A DNA stretch of 63,840 nucleotides, filler included, from Octopus bimaculoides (taxonomy: Eukaryota): the NCBI RefSeq assembly GCF_001194135.2. It is 5 parts of 5 records of this genome, joined end to end, with 100 filler letters (N's around TTAATTAATTAA, not from the genome) between each part and the next. Parts side by side here need not be neighbours in the genome. Positions count along the whole stretch, not along the records: positions 1 to 13,588 come from NC_068981.1; positions 13,689 to 25,697 come from NC_069002.1; 3 more parts are not named here. One strand, 5' to 3'. Below the pieces are notes generated by a model, which was not told the origin of the DNA, did no database searches, and was given only the letters and a program-made list of their open reading frames with translations. Below are positions 13,013 through 24,520 of the stretch, one piece after another (positions within the stretch are counted from its first letter, which is position 1; each line of letters starts with the position of its first letter). Both the position numbers and the translations under genes were made by a program.

Positions 13013-13506
13013 TTTTATTCTCTTACTTGTTTCAGTCTTTTGACTTACGCCATGCTGGAGCACCACTTTTAGTTGAACAAATCAATCCAGGACTTATTCT
13101 TTGTAAGCCTAGTACTTGTTTTTTTGTTGTTGGTAAGTTATTTTTAGTGTTTTCACAGGAAAAAGTCATTCTAAAATTGTTTTTGAATGTAAAAGAACCC
13201 AAACATGTCGAATGCTTACACAGAGCAGGTTTTACAACCACATCATCCAAACCGACTGAGTGAAATCGGGCTTAGCTGCAAGTATATGTATATACATATA
13301 TATATATATATAAGCAATGTTAATTCTCTAAATGAAGTATTAACAGTAACTGCACGATAAAGTGTAGTATATTGCCACTTAAGTGTGGCTGACCCCTAGG
13401 GTGGATGTTACTGTTGCTTTTAGCCCCAGGAGGACATCTCCTCCAGCTGGCTTATCGACACACGACTGTGTCCTGTTTGCCAAGGGAAGTTATCCCTCTC
13501 ACCTCG

Positions 13507-13570
13507 ATCAGCAGCACGAACGTATCCGGATTTCAGGGTTATTTCCCTTCGTCGGCGTTCGACAGCTGAT
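13507..13570 (-). ncRNA. Type I hammerhead ribozyme motif (U4C core variant) within a retroelement-like repeat (about 13330-13588)
   Basis: Minus strand: ATCAGC-TGT-CGAACG-CCGACGA-AGGG-AAATAA-CCCT-GAAA-TCCGGA-TA-CGTTCG-TGCT-GCTGAT. All helices are fully Watson-Crick paired. Confidence 0.75.
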
Positions 13571-13588
13571 GACCTTGGTGAGAGAGAC

Positions 13589-13688
13589 NNNNNNNNNNNN
13601 NNNNNNNNNNNNNNNNNNNNNNNNNNNNNNNNTTAATTAATTAANNNNNNNNNNNNNNNNNNNNNNNNNNNNNNNNNNNNNNNNNNNN
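13589..13688. other. Artificial 100-bp scaffold spacer N44-TTAATTAATTAA-N44 (also 25698-25797, 55459-55558, 60463-60562)
   Basis: Four identical, symmetric 100-bp blocks. The central 12-mer has stops in all six frames, as assembly linkers do. Confidence 0.93.
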
Positions 13689-13689
13689 T

Positions 13690-14106
13690 ATATATATGCA
13701 CATATTTTCTTGAGTGTACATTTACACGTAAGCATATATACATGCATACATAGATAAATCAAAATAATCCATCCATACCTACCTACCTACATACATACAT
13801 ACACACATATATACATACATACAAACATACATACAAACATACACACATACGCACATACATACATACGGCAATACAAACATACATACGCACATGCATGCAT
13901 ACATATATACATATATACATACATATATACATACATATATACATACATATATACATACATACGTGCTTAGAAACATGCATACATATACGCATACGTACAT
14001 ACATACACACATACATACATACAAGCGTGCATACATACATATATACCACACATAATATATACAAATATACATTCAAACACATACATTCATATATACGTAC
14101 ATGCAA

Positions 14107-14155
<49 letters not shown>

Positions 14156-14429
14156 AACATAGAAGCGTACATACATGCATTCATATATACCACACACACA
14201 TATATACAAATAAACATACATACGTACGTACTTACGTACATACATACACACATACTAACAAACATACAGATATATACCACACATACATACATACATTCAT
14301 ACATACATGCAAACATATATGCATACACACCATACACACATACATACACACATACATACATGTCACATATACCATACACACATACACACATCTTTCAATC
14401 CATACACACATCGGTCCATACATACATAC

Positions 14430-14470
<41 letters not shown>
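13690..14470. repeat. Compound (TACA)n/(TA)n/(CA)n microsatellite field; similar fields at about 900-985, 4745-4850, 10130-10460, 21775-22070, 23220-24520, 49990-50410 and 62004-62175
   Basis: Direct reading. These fields are the source of the many CVCV/YIYI/HTHT ORFs. Confidence 0.97.
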
Positions 14471-14473
<3 letters not shown>

Positions 14474-14879
14474 CTAGCACACATACAATCAGAGTCTCGT
14501 TGTTAGTCAAACCAGAGATGGCACGTCCCATTGGTTGGCCCATCTTTCACGTTTATCACCTACTAAATCTCTCCTTCCATCGACGCCATACTCTTTTTCC
14601 CGCCTCGCCTTCTTCGCCATATTTTTTATGCGCCTTCTTGGTTACTTATTTTTATTTTATCTATCTTTCTATATTTATTTATTTATCTATTTATTACGGG
14701 ATGACTGGGGGTTGTTTTGTTTTGTTTTTGTTTCGTTTCCCCATTTGCTTTTTTCCATTTTTTTTATATATAAATAATTTTATTTTACGTTGTATTATTT
14801 TATTTTATTTTATTTTATTTGGTTAAATAATTGACTTGTCAAATGGATGTGAGTGATGCTTTCTTAAAATCCATTGTAA

Positions 14880-15600
14880 TTTCCACCACCACCACCTTCA
14901 TCATCATCATCATCATCATCATCGCCACCACCGCCACAACCACCACAACCACCATCATCATCATTAGCAGCAGCAGCAGCAGCAGCATCTTATCGTCACC
15001 ATCAACATCATATACATTCTCCTCATGTTTGCCATCATCATCATCATCATCATCATCACCATCATTGCCACCACCGCCACAACCACCGCTACCACCTCAT
15101 CCAACACCACAAACATCATCGTCGTCGTCGTCGTCGTCGTCGTCATCATCATCCTCATCTCCCTCCTCTTCGTCATCTGTATCATCGTCATTGTTATCTT
15201 CATCATCATTGTCGCCGTCGACGACCATCATTGTCCACGACGTTGTTGTCATCATCATCATCATTGTCGTCATCGTTATCGTCATCACCACCACAGCCAC
15301 CACTACCGCCTCATCCACCCACCACAACCATCGTCATCATCATCACCACCACCATCACCTCCACCACCACAACCACCACTACCGCTTCATCTACAGGCAA
15401 AACCATCATCATTGTCATCGTCGTCTTTTATCATCCTCACCATCATCATCATCATCATTATCATCGTTAACTTCGTCCCCTTCGTCTCAGTCATCGTTAT
15501 CTTGGCCGTCGACGTCGTCATCATCATCATCATCATCATCACCACCATCATCATCATCATCGTCATCGTCATCGTCATCATCATCAATATGGTGGTGATA

Positions 15601-15644
<44 letters not shown>

Positions 15645-15645
15645 C
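14880..15645. repeat. Compound CAT/CAC/CGT trinucleotide low-complexity array
   Basis: About 770 bp of interleaved triplet runs. It explains the poly-Ser/His/Ile/Met ORFs in five frames. Confidence 0.95.
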
Positions 15646-16793
15646 CTTACCACTATACGCACAAGGCCTGAAATATTGGGTGACGGAGCTAGTCGATTGC
15701 ATCGTTCCCACTGTTCAACTGCTAATAATTTTATCGCCTCCGAAAGGACGAAAGGCAAAGTTGGTCTCGGCAGAATTTTACCCGGTGCGCTAACGATTTT
15801 GGAGTCATGGCCAGCAATAAGAGACGTATAGGCCAATTACCATTGAGCTTATTGGCCAACTGGTACAAGCTAATTTAGGCAATGCCTTTCGAGACATCAC
15901 ATTAGAATGTCCTCTCTGTAATAACACCTTTCTCCTAACTCTTTGATTATTTTCTTTATTCTGTTTGAAAAGGNNNNNNNNNNNNNNNNNNNNNNNNNNN
16001 NNNNNNNNNNNNNNNNNNNNNNNNNNNNNNNNNNNNNNNNNNNNNNNNNNNNNNNNNNNNNNNNNNNNNNNNNNNNNNNNNNNNNNNNNNNNNNNNNNNN
16101 NNNNNNNNNNNNNNNNNNNNNNNNNNNNNNNNNNNNNNNNNNNNNNNNNNNNNNNNNNNNNNNNNNNNNNNNNNNNNNNNNNNNNNNNNNNNNNNNNNNN
16201 NNNNNNNNNNNNNNNNNNNNNNNNNNNNNNNNNNNNNNNNNNNNNNNNNNNNNNNNNNNNNNNNNNNNNNNNNNNNNNNNNNNNNNNNNNNNNNNNNNNN
16301 NNNNNNNNNNNNNNNNNNNNNNNNNNNNNNNNNNNNNNNNNNNNNNNNNNNNNNNNNNNNNNNNNNNNNNNNNNNNNNNNNNNNNNNNNNNNNNNNNNNN
16401 NNNNNNNNNNNNNNNNNNNNNNNNNNNNNNNNNNNNNNNNNNNNNNNNNNNNNNNNNNNNNNNNNNNNNNNNNNNNNNNNNNNNNNNNNNNNNNNNNNNN
16501 NNNNNNNNNNNNNNNNNNNNNNNNNNNNNNNNNNNNNNNNNNNNNNNNNNNNNNNNNNNNNNNNNNNNNNNNNNNNNNNNNNNNNNNNNNNNNNNNNNNN
16601 NNNNNNNNNNNNNNNNNNNNNNNNNNNNNNNNNNNNNNNNNNNNNNNNNNNNNNNNNNNNNNNNNNNNNNNNNNNNNNNNNNNNNNNNNNNTTTTGTGTA
16701 AAAGAAAAGGTCAAGGGTCATTCTCGCAGCTTTCGATTGGTCGCGAGACCCTTATTAATGTTTACAAGCTCTGCTGTTTCCTGCAATTAATAA

Positions 16794-17097
16794 CTGACAC
16801 TCCGTCAGTGATGACGACGAGGGTTCCAGTCGATCGGATCAACGGAACAGCCTGCTCAAGAAATAAACGTACAAACACCCGTACCCATGACATAGTTCTC
16901 AGAGAGATTCAGCGTGACACAGAGTGTGACAAGGCTGACCCTTTGAATTACAGGTATTACTCACTTTTGCCAGCTGAGTAGACTGGAACAACGTGTAATA
17001 AAGTGCCTTGCTCAAAGTCATAACGCGCCGCCGTGTATCGAACTCACGACCATGCGATCGTGAGTCGAAAACCCAAACCACTAAGCCACGCGCCTTC
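16794..17097 (-). mobile_element. tRNA-derived SINE, family C (GACGGAGTGCCAAC tail)
   Basis: The reverse strand begins GAAGGCGCGTGGCTTAGTGGTT...GAGTTCGAT, has a central TTGAGCAAGGCACTTTATT block, and shares its 3' half with family D. Confidence 0.8.
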
Positions 17098-17965
17098 TCT
17101 CAATCAAGAACATTTTACTAAAGAGTACTTTGATCTAATCTTCCCGATCAAGGCGCCCCACCATCAGTTGTTGACGATTTCCCCTGTCATCTGCTGCTAA
17201 ACTAATTTACTAATCCGCTCCCTGTAGTTTTGGGGCACCGTAAAAAATAGGTTCAGCTTCCAGAAACTGGAACTCAATCTATGTCTCTAATCTAAATCGA
17301 CCGTGTAGCTCAAATATTTATGGATTTGTGGAGCCAGACAGGTTGAATTATGGACATTCTACGCTATATCTGTCCACTGATGTTATATAGATACGATCTT
17401 CATGACCGACTATGGTCGTTCCAAATTCACGCTATAACATCGAGGAAATCCAGGCGGTCCCAACCCGACAATTATAAACAGTTGAGCTTAGAACAACGCG
17501 TGCAACCAGATGTCTAATTCTGGTGTTATATTCAAAACTTCAATTCTACCGCTCGCCATTTCAAATACGCCAGAAAGGAAACCAAAATCTTCACTTCCGT
17601 ACCCGACAATATAATACTTCTGTGTATGCATTTCAGAGAGGAATCTATCATACACACAGCCACATTGTCTGTCCTTAGAGACGAAATCATCATCATATTA
17701 TATTTCTGCTGAGCACTTTTTAATTTGGGTAAAGTATAATCGTTTCAGTTCGTCGCTTCTCAGCCAACACATACACCGGTACACTAGGAATTTGTCTTCC
17801 AGGAAGTTTGAAGTTTCTATCACCGAAGATTTTCTGTAGTGTTTGTTAACAAGCTTTTGCGCCCGCCCTAAGTTGGTTCCCAACCATATAGTTCCGAGTT
17901 CAGTCCCCTGTGTGACACCTTACGCAAATGTCTTCTACTGTAGCCTCAGGCTGACCAAAACCTTC

Positions 17966-18194
17966 TTATTTCTTTACTGCCCACTAGGGGCTACACACAG
18001 AGGGGACAAACAAGGACAGACAAACGGATTAAGTCGATTATATCGACCCCAGTGCGTAACTGGTACTTATTTAATCGACCCCGAAAGGATGAAAGTCAAA
18101 GTCGACCTCGGCGGAATTTGAACTCAGAACGTAGCGGCAGACGAAATACTGCTAAGCATTTCGCCCGGCGTGCTAACGTTTCTGCCAGCTCGCC
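17966..18194 (-). mobile_element. Young full-length family A SINE with 13-bp TSD, nested in a family B SINE (about 17860-18250, +)
   Basis: GACCAAAACCTTC at 17953-17965 and 18195-18207. Intact A box (TGGCAGAAACGTTAGC) and B box (GAGTTCAAATTCC). Confidence 0.92.
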
Positions 18195-18939
18195 GACCAA
18201 AACCTTCTGAGTGGATGTGGTAGACGGAAACTGAAAGCTCGTTCTACATGTGTGTGTATGTCTGTTNNNNNNNNNNNNNNNNNNNNNNNNNNNNNNNNNN
18301 NNNNNNNNNNNNNNNNNNNNNNNNNNNNNNNNNNNNNNNNNNNNNNNNNNNNNNNNNNNNNNNNNNNNNNNNNNNNNNNNNNNNNNNNNNNNNNNNNNNN
18401 NNNNNNNNNNNNNNNNNNNNNNNNNNNNNNNNNNNNNNNNNNNNNNNNNNNNNNNNNNNNNNNNNNNNNNNNNNNNNNNNNNNNNNNNNNNNNNNNNNNN
18501 NNNNNNNNNNNNNNNNNNNNNNNNNNNNNNNNNNNNNNNNNNNNNNNNNNNNNNNNNNNNNNNNNNNNNNNNNNNNNNNNNNNNNNNNNNNNNNNNNNNN
18601 NNNNNNNNNNNNNNNNNNNNNNNNNNNNTTTCTCTCACCGCCTTCTCCCCCTTTTTTCCCCCTCCTTTCTTATCAACACATTTCCGACGATGATGTGTTA
18701 CGGTGGATCCTGAATAACTCGCCGTCTAGTGTGGTCCCATACATCTACTGCAACCACCAAGAAACACACACACACAAACACACACACACACACACGCACA
18801 CATACACACACAAAGCGACACGCAAGTAAGTATACATACTCTCATTTACACACACACACATACATATATGCACACAATCATATACAGACATACATATACA
18901 CAGTCATACACACAGACATACATATATAAGTACACATAG

Positions 18940-19353
18940 TCTTTTATTCGTGTATTCCTTAATTGTTTCTGTCATTTGACTGCGGCCATGCTGGAGCACT
19001 GCCTCTAGTCCAACAAATCGACCCCAGGACTTATTCTTTGTAAGCCTAGTACTTATTTTATCGGTCTCTTTTACCGAAACGTTAAGTTACGAGGACATAA
19101 ACACACCAGCATCGGTTATCAAGTGATGGTGGGAGGGACAAACACAGACACGCATGCACACACACACACACAGACACACACACACATGCAAATATATACA
19201 TATATACGATGGGCTTCTTTCAGTTTCCATCTACAAATCCACTCCCTGTCTGCCTGAGGCTATAGTAGAAGACACTTGCCCATGGTGCCATGCAGTGGGA
19301 CTGAACCCAGAAGCATTTGGTTCGGATGCAAGCTTCTTACCACACAACTACCC
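18940..19353 (-). mobile_element. Family B SINE, full length
   Basis: Collinear with the copy at 3589-3970. Confidence 0.85.
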
Positions 19354-19360
19354 ACAGACA

Positions 19361-19768
19361 TAGGCGCAGCTGTGTGATAAAAAAAAGTTTTCTTCCCTGC
19401 TACATGGTTCCGGGTTCAGGCCCACTGCATGGCACCTTTGGTAAATTTCTTCTTCTATAGCTTCGGGCCGACCGAAGCTTGGTGAGTGAATTTGGTAAAG
19501 GGAAACTGAAAGAAGCTCGTCGTACATGTATATATATATATATATATATGGTGTGTGTCTTTGTGTCTGTGTTTGTCCCCCTATCACCACATCCGGTAGT
19601 GGTGTATTTACGTCCCCGTAATTTAGCGGTTCGATTGAATAAGTACTAAGCTTACAAAGAATAAGCTCTGGGGTCGATTTGTTTGGCTAAAAAGCTTTTT
19701 AAAGTGACACTCCAGCATGGCCGCAGCCACATGGCTGAAACAAATAAAAGAATAAAAGAATAAAAGAT
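19361..19768 (+). mobile_element. Family B SINE, full length, head-to-head with the previous copy
   Basis: Starts TAGGCGCAGCTGTGTG and ends GAAACAAATAAAAGAATAAAAGAATAAAAGA. Confidence 0.85.
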
Positions 19769-19946
19769 CGGTTGCTTTTGCCGAACTGCCCAGTTGCAAG
19801 GACAGAAACAAAAAGAACATCGGTTGTGAAACGATGAGAAGACACACAAAGACACACTCACCAGAATATTTGTAGGGGTTGTTGCACACTCCAATCTCGT
19901 CGGACAAAATATTCCATGCATTTTTTCAGGCTCCATATGTTCTGAG

Positions 19947-20352
19947 TTCAAATCCTGCCTGGGTCGGCTCTGTCTTTTTATCTCTTCGGGATCGATTAAG
20001 TAAGGTATCAATCAGTCAATTACTGGGGTCGATGTAATCAACTTGTCCCCTCACCTCAAAAATTGCTCTCCTTGAACCCGGCAATGAACCGGAGTTCCGT
20101 TTGGGAGTTTCTTGCGATCTCGGTCACTTATATGCCTCGTGAGTCCTGCTTCAAATCCTGCCTGGGTCGGTTCTGTCTTTTTATCCCTTCGGGATCGATT
20201 AAGTATGGTATCAATCAGTCAAGTACTGGGGTCGATGTAATCAACTTGTCCCCTCACCTCAAAAATTGCTCTCCTTCAACCCAGCAATGAACCGGAGTTC
20301 CGTTTGGGAGTTTCTTGCGATCTCGGTCCTTTATATGCCTCGTGAGTCCTGC
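19947..20352 (+). repeat. Tandem duplication, 2 x 203 bp (family A SINE 3' half plus an unrelated tail)
   Basis: Units 19947-20149 and 20150-20352 both run TTCAAATCCTGCC...GAGTCCTGC with only scattered substitutions. Confidence 0.92.
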
Positions 20353-20855
20353 TGATCGAGAACAAGGAAAGTGCTGGAGTCAATGGCATCGATCAACCTC
20401 TTCCTTCGAAATTACTTGACTTGTGCCAATATCACAGACAACTCTTATACGCGCTTCACCCTCCACAAAAAAGTTCGGTTTGAGGGTGCATTTCTGATTT
20501 TAGATTTCCGGATAAAGGATTGTCTTCCTGTTCTACGACTTATCCCTGGGGAGTCATTTTATCATTGAGTCAGTTTCTTAAACTTTTCTGCAGAAAGTCT
20601 TTCTTTTATTATTTTGCTAATCTTGTAAGGAATAAGAAACTATTAGAACTTTCGTTATTCCAACTCTTTTCCGGAATATCAGTTCTTTCGGAGCTATTTT
20701 GTTTTCGTATTTTTTTCCGAAGACCGGCATTTATGAAGTACATGTTCTTGGTAGCCTCTTCCGTTACATCCAATCAGCATGTGGTTCGGAAGGAAGCGGC
20801 TTACCACAGATCCATGCTATGTATGTATGTATGTATGTATGTATATATTTATGTG

Positions 20856-20886
<31 letters not shown>

Positions 20887-20929
20887 ATGTGTTGCGTGTT
20901 AGTCTATGTGTATATATGTGTTGTGTGTG

Positions 20930-21125
20930 TGTGTGTGTGTCTATGTTTGTCCCCCACCCATCGCTTGACAACCGATATTGGTGTGTTTATGTCCCCAGAT
21001 CCCGATAGAATAATTCCTAGGCTTACAAAACTAAGTCCTACGATCGAATTGGTCGATTAAAGGCAGTGCTCCAGCATGATCGCAGTCAGATGACTGAAAC
21101 AAGTAAAAGAATAAAAGAATATATA
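20930..21125 (+). mobile_element. Family B SINE 3' half
   Basis: TTTGTCCCCC...GCTCCAGCATG...GAAACAAGTAAAAGAATAAAAGAAT. Confidence 0.75.
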
Positions 21126-21126
21126 T

Positions 21127-21163
<37 letters not shown>

Positions 21164-21782
21164 NNNNNNNNNNNNNNNNNNNNNNNNNNNNNNNNNNNNN
21201 NNNNNNNNNNNNNNNNNNNNNNNNNNNNNNNNNNNNNNNNNNNNNNNNNNNNNNNNNNNNNNNNNNNNNNNNNNNNNNNNNNNNNNNNNNNNNNNNNNNN
21301 NNNNNNNNNNNNNNNNNNNNNNNNNNNNNNNNNNNNNNNNNNNNNNNNNNNNNNNNNNNNNNNNNNNNNNNNNNNNNNNNNNNNNNNNNNNNNNNNNNNN
21401 NNNNNNNNNNNNNNNNNNNNNNNNNNNNNNNNNNNNNNNNNNNNNNNNNNNNNNNNNNNNNNNNNNNNNNNNNNNNNNNNNNNNNNNNNNNNNNNNNNNN
21501 NNNNNNNNNNNNNNNNNNNNNNNNNNNNNNNNNNNNNNNNNNNNNNNNNNNNNNNNNNNNNNNNNNNNNNNNNNNNNNNNNNNNNNNNNNNNNNNNNNNN
21601 NNNNNNNNNNNNNNNNNNNNNNNNNNNNNNNNNNNNNNNNNNNNNNNNNNNNNNNNNNNNNNNNNNNNNNNNNNNNNNNNNNNNNNNNNNNNNNNNNNNN
21701 NNNNNNNNNNNNNNNNNNNNNNNNNNNNNNNNNNNNNNNNNNNNNNNNNNNNNNNNNNNNNNNNNNNNNNNNNNNGTGTATG

Positions 21783-21841
<59 letters not shown>

Positions 21842-22329
21842 ATGTATGTATATATATGTATATACATATATCTATCTCTATATATATATACATATATCTA
21901 TATATATATATATGTGTGTGTGTATATATATATACATATATGTGTATGTATATGTATGTATGTATGTATGCATGCATGCATGTATTTATGTATGTATATA
22001 TGCATGTATGTATGTATGCATGTACGTCCGTATGTATGTGTGTATATATATATATATATATATGTATATATCCTTGTTGATTGTGAGCAATGAATTTGGT
22101 TTTACAAGGATTAACAAGTTGTCCAACATCAAGTGCAGCTAATCCTATACTATGGAGGAATAAATGGGTGGAGTCTCAAGAATGCATCATAGAGCAACGC
22201 TAAATAAATCATCAGTATGTTTTTACATCGGTTGTTCATTCGAGTTGGATGTCCGATCGAACTTCCTTTCCCGTGTTTGAAACCGAGGCTGTTTATAGAT
22301 TATCAAGTGACTTTTTTTTTTTTTTGAGG

Positions 22330-22560
22330 ACATAATCCAGAATAATCACATTTGATGACAGTTTGATTCCTTCGCAAAAATTCCTCAATTTCTGGTTTGT
22401 ATCTTGTTGAGTAGGAGGAGTAAATTCTAAATTTTTGCAACGACGGCTGTAAGAGTGATGCCTCTGTGATTCTCTGGAAATGAGAGTATGCAGCCTTCTG
22501 TCCATTTGTCAATGTTGCTTCCATTGCAGACAGTATTCCAAGAAGCCGAACAGAATATCT
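22330..22560 (-). mobile_element. RTE-clade LINE RT fragment
   Basis: The reverse frames give WTEGCILSFP...NHRGITLTAVVAKI...IEEFLRRNQ, matching the RTE RT domain 1-2 motif (WTKGCILPFP/NYRGITLT). Confidence 0.75.
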
Positions 22561-22589
22561 TTAAATTCTCTTATCTTCGAGACTCCAGT

Positions 22590-22795
22590 TCAGCAAATTG
22601 TTAGCACGCTGGACGAAATGCCTTGTGGTATTTCGCCCGTCGCTACGTTCTGAGTTCAAATTGCGCCGAGGTATATTTTACCTTTCATACTTTCGGAATC
22701 GATAAATTAAGTACCAGTTGAGTACTGGGGTCGATGTAATCGATTATCCCCCTCCCCAAAATTTCAGGCCTTGTGCCTATTATAGAAAGGATTAT
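22590..22795 (+). mobile_element. Family A SINE
   Basis: GTTAGCACGC...CTGAGTTCAAAT...GGGGTCGATGTAATCG...AAATTTCAGGCCTTGTGCC. Confidence 0.8.
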
Positions 22796-22859
22796 CCAGT
22801 CCAGTAGCCTTTCGGTTTTTGTTGTCTTTAAGGATTTTTTTTCTCTATTTGTCAATCCT

Positions 22860-23220
22860 GTCAGACAATCTTAGAGGAATTTTCCGTACAACAATAGAAT
22901 CAGTCCTTTTATACGGAGCAATAGTCTGGACGCTTACCAAAACATTGGAATCCAAACGAGATGGCGCTTACACCCGAATGAATGTTAAGAGCAGTCTTAA
23001 ACACATCTTGGGGAACACATCCCACCAAGATGTATTCCGCAAGGCACGTCCTGCTGGCGAACTAAACGAGAGTAGGCACGTGACATGGATGCCAAAGTGA
23101 GCAGGCTGTCTGAAGTTCACCTCAGCAGAAACCCATGGATGCTCTCCGAAGACCACCTTCAATTAATGTAGGGGATGAAAATGTCTAACCTAGCTTGACC
23201 AGACGTTGATGATGATGATG
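22860..23220 (+). mobile_element. RTE-clade LINE 3' end
   Basis: IFRTTIESVLLYGAIVWTLTKTLESKRDGAYTRM, followed by a (GAT)n tail. Confidence 0.8.
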
Positions 23221-23928
23221 CATATATATATATAATATATATATATAAATATATATTATATATATAATGTGTGAGTGTGTATGTAGTATATATGTACATA
23301 TGCATGCATGTATTTATATGTATGACTACATGTTTGTATGTATGTCATTATTCAGTTTATTTTAAGATTTCTTACCAATAGAGAAAGAACCAGTTTCTAA
23401 CCTAGATCCAAGGCTCCTTCTTTGGAATTTCAACAACATCAATAGGGCATATTTGCATGTATGTATGTATGTATATATGTATGTATGTACGTACGTACGT
23501 ACGTACGTATGTATGCATATGTGCAGATTTGTATGTTTTTGTTTATGTATGTATATATGCAAATATGTATGTATGTATTTATGTATGCATGTATGTATGT
23601 GTATATGCGTGTGTGTGTGTGCGTGCGTGTGTGCGTGTGTGTGTGTAGAAACAGACATATTACGCTATAATTTTCTGCAATTTCGGTTACACCCATTTAC
23701 AGTTTGGGATTTCGGCTCAAACAGTCTACCATGGGTTCACACACACACGCGCGCAAAAAATGCGTGACAGGCCACGTGGGTGTATGTATGCGTAAAAATA
23801 GGTATTAAACATTTATAATGGTCTATATATAAATACACATACACACATAAGTGCATATATATATATGCGTGTGTGTGTGTGTGGTGAACGACATATCACA
23901 TAGTTTACACATCAGTATCTTCCCATCC

Positions 23929-23959
<31 letters not shown>

Positions 23960-24206
23960 CATACATACATAACCTCGTACTTAAGTACACAAGTACATCA
24001 AAGGTAACCAAGTAATTATCAGTAATTGCTTAAGATCTTCATCCCGACAACTGCTTTGTATCACGCTGCAGTGGAAGTTTTAATTCTCCTATTTTTAATG
24101 CAAGGCATAAAGTCTTTCTATATAGTATAAACGCCCGTGCTGTTGTATATATGAATACGTATATGTATGTCCGTCTGTATGTATGTATATATGTATATAT
24201 ATGTGT

Positions 24207-24263
<57 letters not shown>

Positions 24264-24275
24264 CGTGTGTGCGTG

Positions 24276-24325
<50 letters not shown>

Positions 24326-24400
24326 TACACACACACATGTAATGCATATATACCTATACATATGTGTGTATGTGTACATCTATCTATCTATATCTCTTCC

Positions 24401-24434
<34 letters not shown>

Positions 24435-24475
24435 GTCTGTCTGTCTGTCTGTTTCTCTCTCTCTCTCTCGCTCTC

Positions 24476-24520
<45 letters not shown>

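Noticed and set aside
13633-13644. TTAATTAATTAA as a biological motif (piggyBac TTAA or PacI site)
   Set aside because: It occurs four times centred in exactly 44+44 Ns, so it is an assembly linker.
13779-15836. Long ORFs of 200-270 aa (CVYV, HTYI, poly-Ser/His/Ile/Asp)
   Set aside because: Translations of di-, tri- and tetranucleotide repeats that are open in several frames on both strands. No splice or codon evidence.
17100-17700. Unique segment with a moderately open + frame (MDILRYICPLMLYRYDLHDRLW...)
   Set aside because: Interrupted by stops with no recognisable motif. Probably an old repeat, and I cannot support a call.
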